DNA from: an uncultured Candidatus Entotheonella sp.
GTDB lineage: Bacteria > Tectomicrobia > Entotheonellia > Entotheonellales > Entotheonellaceae
DNA: 64,000 nt
Direction of reading: 5' to 3'
Assembly (NCBI GenBank): GCA_965217185.1
Contig: OZ244252.1
Coordinates: forward strand, 2,912,001-2,976,000
The notes beneath the pieces are model-generated. The model ran no database searches. It had not been told where the DNA came from and worked only from the letters and a program-made list of their open reading frames with translations. This document shows positions 1 to 10,043 of the stretch, one piece after another. Position 1 is the stretch's first letter. Every line of letters begins with the position of its first letter. The position numbers were made by a program, and so were the translations under genes.

Positions 1-1738
1 TCTGCAGGTCGTCGAGGAGCAGGGCCGGCGGTCCGTTGCCGCCGTGGTGCGCGAGACGGGCCGCGCCGCCGTCGAGGTTCTCAGCGAGGCGCTGCCCGGC
101 TGCCTTGCCGGCATCACGTTCGACCGCAGCATGCGCTGGAACGCCAGCAATCTGGCCTACAGCCGGCCGCTGCGCTGGCTACTGGCCCTGTACGGCCCGC
201 AGCAGGTGCCGTTCAGCTATGCGGGGATTGACAGCGGGCGCTGCAGCCGCGGCCTGCGGCCCTACGGCTCGCCGGCCATTGTCATCGACGACGCCGGAGC
301 CTATGCGTCCGTCATGCAGGCCAATGGCGTGGTCACGAACCCCGAGGCGCGCCGCTCGTTGATCCGCGACGAGGCCGCCGAAATGGCCGCGCAACGCGAC
401 GGCGTATGGCACGAGGACCCGGATTTGCTGGACGAAGTGACCCATCTCGTCGAGCGTCCGACGCTGTTCTGCGGTCGCTTCGAGGCGCGCTTCCTGGCGC
501 TGCCGCCCGAAGTGCTGGTGGCGGTCATGAAGAAGCACCAGCGGTACTTCCCGGTATACGCCGGAGACGGCAGCCTGCTGCCGCACTTTATCGGCGTGCG
601 CAACGGCGACGCGGAGCACCTCGACACCGTGACCGCCGGCAACGAGCACGTGTTGCGGGCGCGTTTTGCCGACGCCGAATACTTCTACGGCAAGGATACC
701 CGGCAGGCGCTGGGCGATTTTCTCCCCCGCTTGCAGACCTTGACGTTTCAGGTCGATCTCGGCTCCATGCTCGACAAGGTGCACCGCCTCGAACGCCTCA
801 CGCCGCAAGCGGCGCAACTGCTGGGCCTCAGCGAATCCGATACAGCGGCCGCCACACGTGCCGCCGCCCTCTCCAAGGCTGATCTGGCGACCAACATGGT
901 GGTTGAGATGACCGCCCTGCAGGGAACGATGGGTGCCCATTACGCCCGCTTGAGCGGCGAATCCGATGCCGTCGCCGCTGCCTTGGGCGAACAATACCAG
1001 CAGGTCAGCACCACCCCGGCGGGGCTTGCCCTCGCCCTCGCCGACCGCTGTGACAGCCTGCTCGGCCTGTTCGCCGCCGCCGGCCTCGCGCCGCGCGGCT
1101 CCAATGACCCCTTTGCCCTGCGCCGCGCCGCCCTGGGCATTATCGAGACCCTGATTACCAACTGCACCTCGTGCGACCTGCGCCGCCTGTTGAGCCTCGC
1201 CGCGCCCTCGCTGCCGGTTTCCGGCGACGCCGCGACCCAGGAAGCGGTCCTGCAATTCATCATCGGCCGCCTCGAAGGCGTTCTGCGTGACCGCGGCTAC
1301 CCCGCCTCGGTCGTCAAAGCTGTCCTCGCCGCCCAGGGCCACGACCCTTACGCCGCCAGCCAAGCCGCCCATGAACTGAACGACGCCCTTGCCGACGACG
1401 ACTGGCCCACCCTGCTTGCCGCCTATTCCCGCTGCGTCCGTATCACCCGTGCGATTGAAGGGCCCCTGATCCTGTGCCCCGACGACTTCGATCTGCCGGC
1501 TGAAAAGGCCCTGCGCGACGCCTACCAATCCGCCGCCGCTGCCCTCGACGGTAGCGCCAGCGTCAGCCGCTTTATCACCGCCCTGCGCAAACTGGAGCCC
1601 GCCATCACGACCTTCTTCCTCGACGTCCTCGTCATGGACGAAGACCCCGCCCGCCGTGACAACCGCTTGGCCCTGTTGCAAGGCATCTCGGCCCTCCCCG
1701 ACGGTATCGCGGATATGTCTCGACTGGAAGGGTTTTGA
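1..1738 (+). CDS. glyS: Glycyl-tRNA synthetase beta subunit (5'-truncated by window edge; possibly the C-terminal part of a fused GlyQS)
   Basis: ORF is open from the window start. GlyS motifs MRW..SRPLRWLLAL, LVERP, GNEHVLRARFADA, KADLATNMVVEMTALQG and GSNDPFALRRAA, plus a DALR-type end (FFLDVLVMDED..RRDNRLALL). Confidence 0.93.
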   Translation, partial: LQVVEEQGRRSVAAVVRETGRAAVEVLSEALPGCLAGITFDRSMRWNASNLAYSRPLRWLLALYGPQQVPFSYAGIDSGRCSRGLRPYGSPAIVIDDAGAYASVMQANGVVTNPEARRSLIRDEAAEMAAQRDGVWHEDPDLLDEVTHLVERPTLFCGRFEARFLALPPEVLVAVMKKHQRYFPVYAGDGSLLPHFIGVRNGDAEHLDTVTAGNEHVLRARFADAEYFYGKDTRQALGDFLPRLQTLTFQVDLGSMLDKVHRLERLTPQAAQLLGLSESDTAAATRAAALSKADLATNMVVEMTALQGTMGAHYARLSGESDAVAAALGEQYQQVSTTPAGLALALADRCDSLLGLFAAAGLAPRGSNDPFALRRAALGIIETLITNCTSCDLRRLLSLAAPSLPVSGDAATQEAVLQFIIGRLEGVLRDRGYPASVVKAVLAAQGHDPYAASQAAHELNDALADDDWPTLLAAYSRCVRITRAIEGPLILCPDDFDLPAEKALRDAYQSAAAALDGSASVSRFITALRKLEPAITTFFLDVLVMDEDPARRDNRLALLQGISALPDGIADMSRLEGF

Positions 1739-1861
1739 GGTGGGATATATGCAGAACCGCAGGCAATGACGATAGTGGCCTCTGCGAAAACCCGACGCCC
1801 CGCCACCGCATCACCGTCCAAGACGCAATCCCCCATGGCAGGTAGCCCGGACGCTGCGGAA

Positions 1862-1894
1862 GTCGGATTACGCCTGCGGCTAATCCGACCTACA
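1862..1894. repeat. GTAG-family REP-like palindrome, copy 1
   Basis: gtcggattacgcctgcggctaatccgacctaca; near-identical elements at 52666-52750 and 62460-62490, all just downstream of stop codons. Confidence 0.85.
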
Positions 1895-2052
1895 TACTCT
1901 GAGGCGCGCGACGGGGTCCAAGCGTTTTGCAGCGTTCGAAGGCCATTGGGTTGCCGCTTTCGTGGAATGACCCTTTGGGCACCTCGCAACGCCCATTCCT
2001 CAAGGCTGTGTAACATCTCTCACTAATCTCACGGTCCGGTCGTGATGACCGC

Positions 2053-2082
2053 TTGACCAAACAGCATGCACAGACTAGTCTG
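2053..2082 (+). promoter_or_regulatory. Putative TA promoter with palindromic operator
   Basis: TTGACC (2053-2058), 17 nt spacer, TAGTCT (2076-2081). The perfect palindrome CAGACTAGTCTG (2071-2082) overlaps the -10, as expected for TA autorepression. Confidence 0.5.
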
Positions 2083-2128
2083 CGTCTGGTTGAATTGCCG
2101 CATGGCTATGATTATGGAGACTTGATTC

Positions 2129-2371
2129 ATGCCTGAAATCGGCGCCTTCGAAGCGAAAACTCAGTTGTCACAGTTGCTCCAGCGCGTACAGGCCGGGGAA
2201 CGATTCGTCATCACCAGGCACAATCGTCCTGTAGCCGAGTTGATTCCGTTTCAGCCCCACGATGCTGAAAAAGTGCGCGACGCAATTGACGGTCTGAAGG
2301 CATTTCAGAAGACGCACCGTCTGGAAGGACTGTCGCTCCGCGGGATGATCGAGGAAGGACGCAGGCACTGA
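2129..2371 (+). CDS. Phd/YefM-family antitoxin
   Basis: IGAFEAKTQLSQLLQRVQAGERFVITRHNRPVAEL; stop overlaps the PIN gene start (TGATG). Confidence 0.9.
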   Translation: MPEIGAFEAKTQLSQLLQRVQAGERFVITRHNRPVAELIPFQPHDAEKVRDAIDGLKAFQKTHRLEGLSLRGMIEEGRRH

Positions 2372-2787
2372 TGGCGTTCGTTCTGGATTGCTCGGTTACC
2401 ATGGCGTGGCTTTTCTCCGACGAGGCCACCGAAGCGACCGACCGGTTGCGAGAATCCCTTGTCGAAACACGGGCATTCGTCCCATCTCTCTGGCCGGTCG
2501 AGGTCGGCAACGTCCTCCTGGTTGCGACCCGGCGGAGTCGGATCCATGCGAGCGAGTGGCCGCAAATTCGCGCCTCTCTTTCGGCATTACCCATCGAGGT
2601 CGATCCCGTGTCCATGTCCCGAACGTGGGGCGCATCGCTTGAACTCGCCCATGCCCACAGCCTTTCCGTCTATGACGCCATGTACCTCGAACTCGCGGTA
2701 CGCTTGCGCTTGCCGCTTGTCACGCTGGATCGTGCGCTCCGAAAGGCGGGACGAGCCGCCGGGATTGACGTTCCAGAAGTCACGTAG
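2371..2787 (+). CDS. vapC: VapC-family PIN-domain toxin
   Basis: FVLDCSV, EVGN, SVYDAMYLELA and TLDRAL acidic PIN residues; coupled to the antitoxin. Confidence 0.9.
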   Translation: MAFVLDCSVTMAWLFSDEATEATDRLRESLVETRAFVPSLWPVEVGNVLLVATRRSRIHASEWPQIRASLSALPIEVDPVSMSRTWGASLELAHAHSLSVYDAMYLELAVRLRLPLVTLDRALRKAGRAAGIDVPEVT

Positions 2788-2859
2788 CACGAGAAATCTG
2801 TTTGTTAGACACAGGTTTTCAACATGCTGTTCACATCCTTATCCACAGGGAGCAACCCA

Positions 2860-3951
2860 ATGATTCTGGATCGATTCAAGGTGCCGCAGGCCGATGTCGT
2901 GCGGGTGCCGGAAGCGGCGCTACGGCAGACCGTGCAGGCGGTTTTTGAATGCATGGGCGTCACGCCCGACGAAGCCGCCGAGGCCACCGACGTGCTGGTG
3001 ATGACCGACCTGCGCGCCGTCGAAACGCACGGCGTTTCCAACATGCTGCGCGCCTACGTGCGCGATTACCGCGACGGCAAGCTCAACCCGGCGCCCGGCT
3101 GGCGGCTGGAGCGCGAAACGCCCGGCACGGCGGTGATCGACGGCGAACGCCGCCTCGGCCTTATCACCGGCCCCCGAGCCATGCGGCTGGCCATGGACAA
3201 GGCCAGCACGGTCGGCGTCGGCGTGGTCAACGTGCACAACAGCGGCCACTTCGGCGCCATCGGCCACCACGCCCTGCTCGCCGCCGAGCGCAACATGGTG
3301 GGCGTCTGCTTCACCGGCGCCGGCCTCAGCGTCGTGCCGACCTTTGCCTCTAGGCCGCTCATCGGCACCAACCCGATCGCCATCGCCGCCCCGGCCCGTA
3401 ATGAGGCGCCGATCCTCTTCGACGTGGCGACCTCGGCCATCGCCGGCAACAAAATCCGCCTCGCCATGCGTGTCGGAGCACCGCTGCTGCCCGGCTGGGT
3501 CGCCGACAAGGAAGGCCGTCCGATCGGCGAAGCAGCGCTGGTGCATGACCGCAGCGAGTTTCTGCAACTGCCCTTGGGCGGCACGCGGGAACAAGGATCG
3601 CACAAGGGCTACGGCTTCGCGCTGATGGCGGAGGTGCTGGCGACGCTGCTGTCGGGCGCCCTGCCGAGCATGCTCGACCCTGCTGGCGGCTCCAAGAACC
3701 ACTTCGCGGCGTACAACATCGAGGCCTTCACCGACCTCGAGCGCTACCTGGACACCACGGACGAGATGCTCGAAACGCTGCGCACCGCACAACCCGCCGA
3801 GGGCCACGAGCGCGTCCTCTACCCCGGCCTCTCCGAGCACGAGGAGACCCTGGCGCGGCGCGCCCAGGGCATCCCGCTACACCGGGAAGTCACCGACTGG
3901 TTCAATAGCATCACCGCCGAGCTCGACCTGCCGACTATGCAGACTCTGTAG
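2860..3951 (+). CDS. Ldh_2-family (malate/L-lactate/ureidoglycolate-type) oxidoreductase
   Basis: ETHGV, NSGHFGAIG, GTNPIAIAAP, FDVATS and GSHKGYG motifs. Confidence 0.88.
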   Translation: MILDRFKVPQADVVRVPEAALRQTVQAVFECMGVTPDEAAEATDVLVMTDLRAVETHGVSNMLRAYVRDYRDGKLNPAPGWRLERETPGTAVIDGERRLGLITGPRAMRLAMDKASTVGVGVVNVHNSGHFGAIGHHALLAAERNMVGVCFTGAGLSVVPTFASRPLIGTNPIAIAAPARNEAPILFDVATSAIAGNKIRLAMRVGAPLLPGWVADKEGRPIGEAALVHDRSEFLQLPLGGTREQGSHKGYGFALMAEVLATLLSGALPSMLDPAGGSKNHFAAYNIEAFTDLERYLDTTDEMLETLRTAQPAEGHERVLYPGLSEHEETLARRAQGIPLHREVTDWFNSITAELDLPTMQTL

Positions 3952-4076
3952 AACTGGGGAATCTGGCCTTGCCAAGACCGCCTATGGAGCAAGGAAGATA
4001 GGTCCCGAGCCGTCGCTCCGGCGAAAGCCGGAGTCCAGGGGTTTTCTGCAAGCCAAGAATCTATCCCGGTGTCACT

Positions 4077-5574
4077 TGAGCCACTTGCAAAACTCCGCTA
4101 GTTTGGCCTCGGAGCGGTTGTCATGAGACCGTACGGTGAATCATTTGCCGTCGGTGGTTCCAATTGCCACGAATTCAGCCATGGCGGTGCCAAGTTCTGG
4201 CTCCCGTCTTGCGATGCGGACGCAACTCTCCCCCCTGCGTACAGGACAGCAGCGTGTGCCGGGATGGAGGAAACGGGGCCGCGAGACCAGCTTCAGGTCA
4301 CCAAGCGCATCAACTGATCAACCGTGAGCGCCACAATCCCGAACATCAGATGACACAGCACCTTGGCATGGCCGCGCACGCGCACGCTGCGACCTCCGAA
4401 TTCATCCTTGAGGCGACCATTGACGCGCTCGACGGTCGAGCGTTCGTGGTAACGTCTCTCCTCAGACAGGACCAACCCACAGGCACGCCGTGCCTGCCTC
4501 TCCTGCCGCAGCGCCTGCTTGCGCGCGCCGCTGCGGGGGTTGACGTCGATGATCGCAACATGACCCAGGGCGCGGCTGTGGGCGCGGATTTCCGGGGCAT
4601 CGTAGGCGCTGTCCATCAGGTCATACAGGTTGCGGACTCGCTCCGCCGTCAGGGTCGCCAGCGGGATGGCGACTTGGCTGTCGTGCAGCGACGCCGAGGT
4701 AAGCAGGCAACTGACCGGGATGGCGCCGTCGGCCGCGTCAATATGCAACTTGTAGCCGCTCCATGACGTCTGATAGCCTTTGGCGTCGCGCTTGACGCCA
4801 ATGTCACAGGCGTACGGCAAGTCGGCGAGCATCTCCGGCAGGGTCATGTTGCGCTGGCGCTCCAGACGGCGCGGCTCCGTGGGGCGCTCCTCGCCCTTGC
4901 GCGGACGCCCGCGCCGCCGCTTCGGCTTGGCCGGCTGCGGCGCCTTCGGGGTCGGTCTCTCGCGCCCTTCAATCGCCGTCGAATCGCGTGAAATATGGCC
5001 TGCCAGACGCTCACCCTGGGTGCGTTTGATCAGCGCCTCGTGCAGGTGGCTCGGCAAGGCGCTGTCGGCAAATTCGGCAAAGGCACGTGAAAACGTCGCC
5101 TCGCTCGGAATGTGCTTGACGCTACGCCAGCCGCACAACCGGCGCAGGGTGCTGTCGTGGCGCAGACGATCAAGCAACATCCGGGTGCTAACCAGCGCGA
5201 AGACGGCCTTGGCGATGAAGGCGCGGGCTAAGGCCGCGCGGTCACTTGGCGGACAGCCGCGACGCCGGTGCTGGTACGGCAGCAGCGTTTCCACCCGCAC
5301 CCATTCGAGCACCATGACGAAGCGCTGATGGCGTTCCCCCAGCGCCCCGATCGTTTCCTCAAGCTGCGGGAACAGCAGCGCTTGAAAGCAAGACCAGTAA
5401 CTCGATAGTATCTCACGTAAGGCCATTGGGGTCGTTCCTCCTGATTCGGTTGTTTGACAACTCAACAGAATCAGAAAGCGGCCCCAATGTCCACCAATCA
5501 GCCCCAGAGCCTGCCCCGCGCTTGACACGGAGAAAGAAAATCCCACTCGTACACGCAATTCTGCAAGTGGCTCA
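4077..5574 (-). mobile_element. Insertion sequence, IS5/IS1182-like DDE element (~1.5 kb)
   Basis: Terminal inverted repeats tgagccacttgcaaaact / aattctgcaagtggctca (13 bp perfect); CT on both flanks; encloses a transposase. Confidence 0.88.
4293..5426 (-). CDS. DDE transposase (IS5/IS1182-like)
   Basis: PSEATFSR, SRDSTAIE, GYKLH, MDSAYD and YHERSTVERVNGRLK (Y-2-R-3-E-6-K). Start placed at MALREIL inside the IRs. Confidence 0.9.
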   Translation of the reverse strand: MALREILSSYWSCFQALLFPQLEETIGALGERHQRFVMVLEWVRVETLLPYQHRRRGCPPSDRAALARAFIAKAVFALVSTRMLLDRLRHDSTLRRLCGWRSVKHIPSEATFSRAFAEFADSALPSHLHEALIKRTQGERLAGHISRDSTAIEGRERPTPKAPQPAKPKRRRGRPRKGEERPTEPRRLERQRNMTLPEMLADLPYACDIGVKRDAKGYQTSWSGYKLHIDAADGAIPVSCLLTSASLHDSQVAIPLATLTAERVRNLYDLMDSAYDAPEIRAHSRALGHVAIIDVNPRSGARKQALRQERQARRACGLVLSEERRYHERSTVERVNGRLKDEFGGRSVRVRGHAKVLCHLMFGIVALTVDQLMRLVT

Positions 5575-5647
5575 CTGGATTCCGGGTCAAGCCCGGAATG
5601 ACCACTTTCGGGGCGCTGCGTAGCTCTTGCCATAGCAGTGTTGGCCG

Positions 5648-7360
5648 TTATTCCGCGTGTAATGCCTCAGCGCGCAGAAAGTCGAAATCGCAGCCTTTAT
5701 CCGCTTGCAAGATGTGCTGGGTAAACAGCCAGCCGTAACCGCGCCGGTACGGTGCCGGCGGCCTAGCCTGCGCCGCCAGACGGCGGGCGATTTCGGCCGG
5801 CTCGACCATCAAGTCCAGACGGCGTTCCGGCACGTTGAGCTCGATCACGTCGCCGTTGCGCACCGCGGCCAGCGGCCCGCCGGCCGCTGATTCCGGCGTG
5901 GCGTGTACCACCACGGTGCCGAAGGCGGTGCCGCTCATGCGCGCGTCGCTGATGCGCACCATGTCCCGCACGCCCTGCCGCAACAGCTTTTTCGGCAGCG
6001 GCAGGAACCCCCACTCCGGCATCCCCGGCCCGCCGAGCGGCCCGGCGTTGCGCATCACCAGCACGTCGTCCGGGCGCACGTCCAGGTCGGGGTCGTCGAT
6101 ACGCCGGTCCATGTCGTCGTGATCTTCGAACACCAACGCCCGCCCGCGATGGCGCAGCAGTTCAGGCGAGGCCGCCGTGGGCTTGATGATGGCACCGTCG
6201 GGCGCCAGCGAACCGTGCAGCACCGCCAGCCCGCCTTCGGCGTCCAGCGGCTCGTCCAGGCTGCGAATCAGTGCCGGGTTGTACGACTGCGCCCCGGCGA
6301 TGTTGGCGCCCAGGCTGTCGCCGGTCACGGTTATCGCCTCCAGATCGAGCAACGGCGCCAGGGCGTTGAGCAGAGCGGGCACCCCACCGGCGTAGTAGAA
6401 ATCCTCCATCAGAAACTCGCCGGACGGCTTGAGGTTGAGGATGAACGGCGTGGTACGCGACAGTTCGTCGAAACGGCTCAGCGGCAGGTCGATGCCCACC
6501 CGACCGGCGATGGCCGCCAGGTGCACGATGGCGTTGGTCGAGCCGCCGACGGCGTGCAGGGTGCGGATGGCGTTCTCGAAGGCCACCGGCGTCATGACGT
6601 CCGAAGGCCGCAGCCCCTGCTCTACCAGCCGTACGATTTGCCGCCCCGCCGCCTCGGACAACTGGTGGCGGCGCGAATCAACGGCCGGAATGGCGGCATT
6701 GCCCGGCAGCGCCATGCCCAGCGCCTCGCAGATTGCCGCCATGGTTGAGGCGGTGCCCATCACCATGCAGTGCCCCGGACTGCGCACGATGCAACTCTGC
6801 AGTTCGGCCCAGTCCTCTTCGGTAATCCGCTCGGCGCGCAGTTCCTGGTGATACCGCCGGCAATCGGTGCACGAGCCCAGTTCCTCGCCGCGCCAGTTGC
6901 CCTTGAGTTGCGGCCCGCCGGTGACGATGATCGCCGGCACGTCGGCGCTCGCGGCGCCCATCAGCAGGGCCGGCGTCGTCTTGTCGCAGCCGCCGAGCAG
7001 CACCACACCGTCGAGCGGATTGGCGGTGATGGACTCCTCCACGTCCATGCTCATCAGGTTGCGGTACAGCATGGTGGTGGGCCGCATGTTGTACTCGCCC
7101 AGCGACATCACCGGGAACTCCAGCGGAAAGCCGCCGGCCTGCCACACGCCGCGCTTCACCGCCTCGGCCAACTGCCGCAGGTGGGCGTTGCAGTGCGTCA
7201 GTTCGCTCCACGAGTTGCAAATGCCGATGAGGGGGCGTCCTTCGTATGCCGGTTCCCCGAACCCTTCGGCTCGGAACGCCGCCTGCCGCAGCCAGCCGTA
7301 CAGTTCCGGGGTGTCGAACCACGCGCGGCTGCGGTACGGTTTTTCCTGGTTAGCCATCAT
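5648..7360 (-). CDS. IlvD/Edd-family dehydratase (sugar-acid dehydratase-like)
   Basis: IGICNSWSELTHCN, GGCDKTTP, GHCMVMGTASTM, GGPGMPE and SDARMSGT motifs. Confidence 0.92.
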   Translation of the reverse strand: MMANQEKPYRSRAWFDTPELYGWLRQAAFRAEGFGEPAYEGRPLIGICNSWSELTHCNAHLRQLAEAVKRGVWQAGGFPLEFPVMSLGEYNMRPTTMLYRNLMSMDVEESITANPLDGVVLLGGCDKTTPALLMGAASADVPAIIVTGGPQLKGNWRGEELGSCTDCRRYHQELRAERITEEDWAELQSCIVRSPGHCMVMGTASTMAAICEALGMALPGNAAIPAVDSRRHQLSEAAGRQIVRLVEQGLRPSDVMTPVAFENAIRTLHAVGGSTNAIVHLAAIAGRVGIDLPLSRFDELSRTTPFILNLKPSGEFLMEDFYYAGGVPALLNALAPLLDLEAITVTGDSLGANIAGAQSYNPALIRSLDEPLDAEGGLAVLHGSLAPDGAIIKPTAASPELLRHRGRALVFEDHDDMDRRIDDPDLDVRPDDVLVMRNAGPLGGPGMPEWGFLPLPKKLLRQGVRDMVRISDARMSGTAFGTVVVHATPESAAGGPLAAVRNGDVIELNVPERRLDLMVEPAEIARRLAAQARPPAPYRRGYGWLFTQHILQADKGCDFDFLRAEALHAE

Positions 7361-7369
7361 TTCCACTCC

Positions 7370-7402
7370 AAAAAATGCCAGGCGCGACGATGCGCCTGGC
7401 AT
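7370..7402 (-). terminator. Intrinsic terminator-like hairpin between the moaD-like gene and the dehydratase
   Basis: 11-bp perfect stem atgccaggcgc/gcgcctggcat followed by a U run on the minus strand. Confidence 0.6.
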
Positions 7403-7433
7403 AAGTTATCCGAAAGGGCGGCGCGCCCAACGG

Positions 7434-7706
7434 CTACACGCCGCCGCCCAAAGCCGGCAGAAAATGCACCTCGCTGTGCTCGCCAACGCGCTCCAGCAAG
7501 CCGAGCTGGCTGGTTTCACCATCGACGATGACGGAAATGCCGGGCATCAGAATGTCTTCCTCGGCGTCGTACAACTCCGCCTTGAGGCCCGGATACGCGC
7601 GCTCCAGGCTCTCCAGCAGTTGCCTCACGTTACGGCCCGACGCCGTGACCCGCTGCGCCCCGCCGGTCAGGCGCTGCAGGCGGGGAGGAAGCCACACTTC
7701 CGGCAC
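7434..7706 (-). CDS. MoaD/ThiS-family ubiquitin-like protein
   Basis: 90 aa with beta-grasp pattern (LPPRLQRLTGG..VRQLLESLE..YPGL..VIVDG) and C-terminus PALGGGV. Confidence 0.85.
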   Translation of the reverse strand: MPEVWLPPRLQRLTGGAQRVTASGRNVRQLLESLERAYPGLKAELYDAEEDILMPGISVIVDGETSQLGLLERVGEHSEVHFLPALGGGV

Positions 7707-7712
7707 GCTGCT

Positions 7713-10043
7713 CTACCCTCCGTTGCGGGATTGCTCGTCCCACAGCGTCTCCAGGACGCGGCCCGGCGACATGGGGAGTTGGTTGATGCGTACGCCGATG
7801 GCGTGATAGATGGCATTGGCGACCGCCGCCAGCGGCGGGATGATCGGCGTCTCGCCAACACCTCGCACGCCGTAGGGATGGGTCGGGTTGGCGACCTCGA
7901 CGATCACCGTGTCGATCATCGGCAGGTCCAGGCTGGTCGGCATGCGGTAGTCCAGGAAGCTGGAATTCAGCATGTGCCCCTTGTCGTTGAAGAAGTATTC
8001 CTCATTGAGAGCCCAACCGATGCCCTGCACCACGCCGCCCTGAATCTGCCCCTCGACGTAGCTGGGGTGAATCGCCTTGCCGGCGTCCTGCACCGCGGTG
8101 TAGCGCAGGATGGTCACCTTGCCGGTTTCCGGGTCCACCTCGACGTCCACGATGTGGGTGCCCAAGGACGGGCCGGCGCCGCCGGGGTTGACACCGGCGC
8201 TGGCCGTGAACGGGCCGCCGGTGGGGTTCTGGCGCGCCGCCAGTTGCTTGAAAGTGAGACGCTGTTCGGGATCCTTGGCGTTCTGCAGGACGCCGTTTTC
8301 GTATTCAACCTCGCCCACCTCGCAGTCCCAGATACGGGCGGCGCGCTCGATCATTTTGCGCTTGATCTCCTGCGCCACCTCGTAAGCCGCCCAGCCCGTC
8401 TTGAAAGTCACGCCGCTGCCGCCGGTGACGGAGGTGAAGCCGACCGAATCCGTATCGCCGACGGAGGGGTTGACGTCCGTGACCGGAATGCCCAGCACCT
8501 CGGCGAACTGCTGCGACACCGAGGTGCGCGTGCCGCCGATGTCGGGCGAGCCCTCGATCAGCTTCACGGTGCCGTCGTTGTGAATGATTGCGGTCGCGCT
8601 GGCTGGCCCGGTGTTGTTGCGCCAGAAGCCACTGGCCACGCCCCTACCGCGATACGGGCCTTCCAGTGGCGTGGCGTAGTGCGGATGATCCTTGGCCGCC
8701 TGCACGGTTTCGGCAAACCCGACGCGCGGCCACACCGGCCCGGTCGGCGCCCGCGTGCCCTCCTTGGCGCTGTTGCGCAAGCGAAACTCCAGCGGGTCCA
8801 CGCCGAGTTTTTCGCACAGCAGGTCGATGGCGGTCTCCATGGCATACGCCGCGGCCGGCACGCCGGGCGCCCGGTAGGCCGCCGACTTGGGCTTGTTGAC
8901 CACCACGTCGAAGCCCTCGACCCAGGCGTTTGGAATGTCGTAGGGGGACATCATGCACTGGCAGGCGGGCGACACCGGCGATCCCGGAAAGGCGCCCGCT
9001 TCGTAGGTCAGGTGGGCTTCGGCGGCGACTAGGCGGCCGTCCTTGGTGGCGCCCAATTTCACCTGGATTTGCGTCCCGGAGGTCGGGCCGGTGCCCTCGA
9101 AAACCTCGGTGCGCGACATCATCACCTTCACCGGATGACCCGCCTTGCGGGCCAGCGCCGCGGCCACCGGTTCCAGATACACCAGCGTTTTGGCGCCGAA
9201 ACCACCGCCGATCTCCATCGGGATGGCCTTGACCTTCGACACCGGCACGTCCATCAGGCGCGCCGTCTGGTCGCGCACGTTGAAGTGCCCCTGGCTGCTG
9301 GACCACAACGTCAGGGTGCCGTCGCTGTTCCATCGCGCGGTGGCGGCGTGCGGCTCGATGTAGCCCTGGTGGATGGCTGCCGTCGCCGTCTCGTGCTCGA
9401 TAATCACGTCGGCCTCGCGGAAGCCCTGCTCCACGTCGCCAAGGCGAAACTCGAAGCGGTTGGCCAGGTTCGAGCCGTCGGTGGGGTCGTCGTCGTCCAG
9501 GGTGCCGCCGGGGCGCAGATTGGGATTGGACATGGTGGCGAGGCGCTCGTGCAGCAGCGGCGCGCCGGGCTTCATCGCCTCCTCGGCGCTGAGCACCGCG
9601 GGCAGTTCTTCGTATTCCACTTGAATGAGTTCCAGCGCCTGCTCGGCGATGTGTGGGCTGGTGGCGGCCACCGCGGCGATGGCGTGCCCTTTGTACAGCG
9701 CCTTGTCGGCGGCCAGGATGTTGTTGCTCAGGAACCGCATGTTGTGCAGCACGCCCTCGCCAAGGTCGACCACCCGGCTGGAAGGTTGCGCCAGGTCGCC
9801 GGAGGTCGCCACCGCGCGCACGCCCGGTAGTTCCTCGGCGTGCCGGGTGTCGATCGACTTGATGCGCGCGTGGCCGTGCGGGCTGCGCAGCACCCTGCCG
9901 TACAGCATGCCCGGCAACCGGATGTCAGCGCCGTAGCGTGCCTGGCCGGTGACCTTCTCGGCCCCGTCGTGGCGGATGGGCCGCTTGCCCACCTCGTTGT
10001 ATTCCGCATTCGACAAGACCATGTTGTGTTCGTAATCGAGCAT
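7713..10043 (-). CDS. Xanthine dehydrogenase-family molybdopterin-binding large subunit
   Basis: EKVTGQARY, RSPHGHARI, HQGYIEPH, IGGGFGAK, AYRAPG, GQIQGG..QGIG and RGVGE. Confidence 0.93.
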   Translation of the reverse strand: MLDYEHNMVLSNAEYNEVGKRPIRHDGAEKVTGQARYGADIRLPGMLYGRVLRSPHGHARIKSIDTRHAEELPGVRAVATSGDLAQPSSRVVDLGEGVLHNMRFLSNNILAADKALYKGHAIAAVAATSPHIAEQALELIQVEYEELPAVLSAEEAMKPGAPLLHERLATMSNPNLRPGGTLDDDDPTDGSNLANRFEFRLGDVEQGFREADVIIEHETATAAIHQGYIEPHAATARWNSDGTLTLWSSSQGHFNVRDQTARLMDVPVSKVKAIPMEIGGGFGAKTLVYLEPVAAALARKAGHPVKVMMSRTEVFEGTGPTSGTQIQVKLGATKDGRLVAAEAHLTYEAGAFPGSPVSPACQCMMSPYDIPNAWVEGFDVVVNKPKSAAYRAPGVPAAAYAMETAIDLLCEKLGVDPLEFRLRNSAKEGTRAPTGPVWPRVGFAETVQAAKDHPHYATPLEGPYRGRGVASGFWRNNTGPASATAIIHNDGTVKLIEGSPDIGGTRTSVSQQFAEVLGIPVTDVNPSVGDTDSVGFTSVTGGSGVTFKTGWAAYEVAQEIKRKMIERAARIWDCEVGEVEYENGVLQNAKDPEQRLTFKQLAARQNPTGGPFTASAGVNPGGAGPSLGTHIVDVEVDPETGKVTILRYTAVQDAGKAIHPSYVEGQIQGGVVQGIGWALNEEYFFNDKGHMLNSSFLDYRMPTSLDLPMIDTVIVEVANPTHPYGVRGVGETPIIPPLAAVANAIYHAIGVRINQLPMSPGRVLETLWDEQSRNGG

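Larger units (their letters stand above)
4012..5602. repeat. Palindromic doublet repeat (GTC..TCCGG-n-CCGGAxTCCAG ... CTGGATTCCGG-n-CCGGAATGAC) interrupted by an IS
   Basis: Left arm 4012-4038 gtcgctccggcgaaagccggagtccag; right arm 5575-5602 ctggattccgggtcaagcccggaatgac; degenerate relative at 1947-1971. Confidence 0.65.

Noticed and set aside
7713..10043. Aerobic CO dehydrogenase CoxL
   Set aside because: Lacks the AYxCSFR loop, and no coxM/coxS genes are adjacent.
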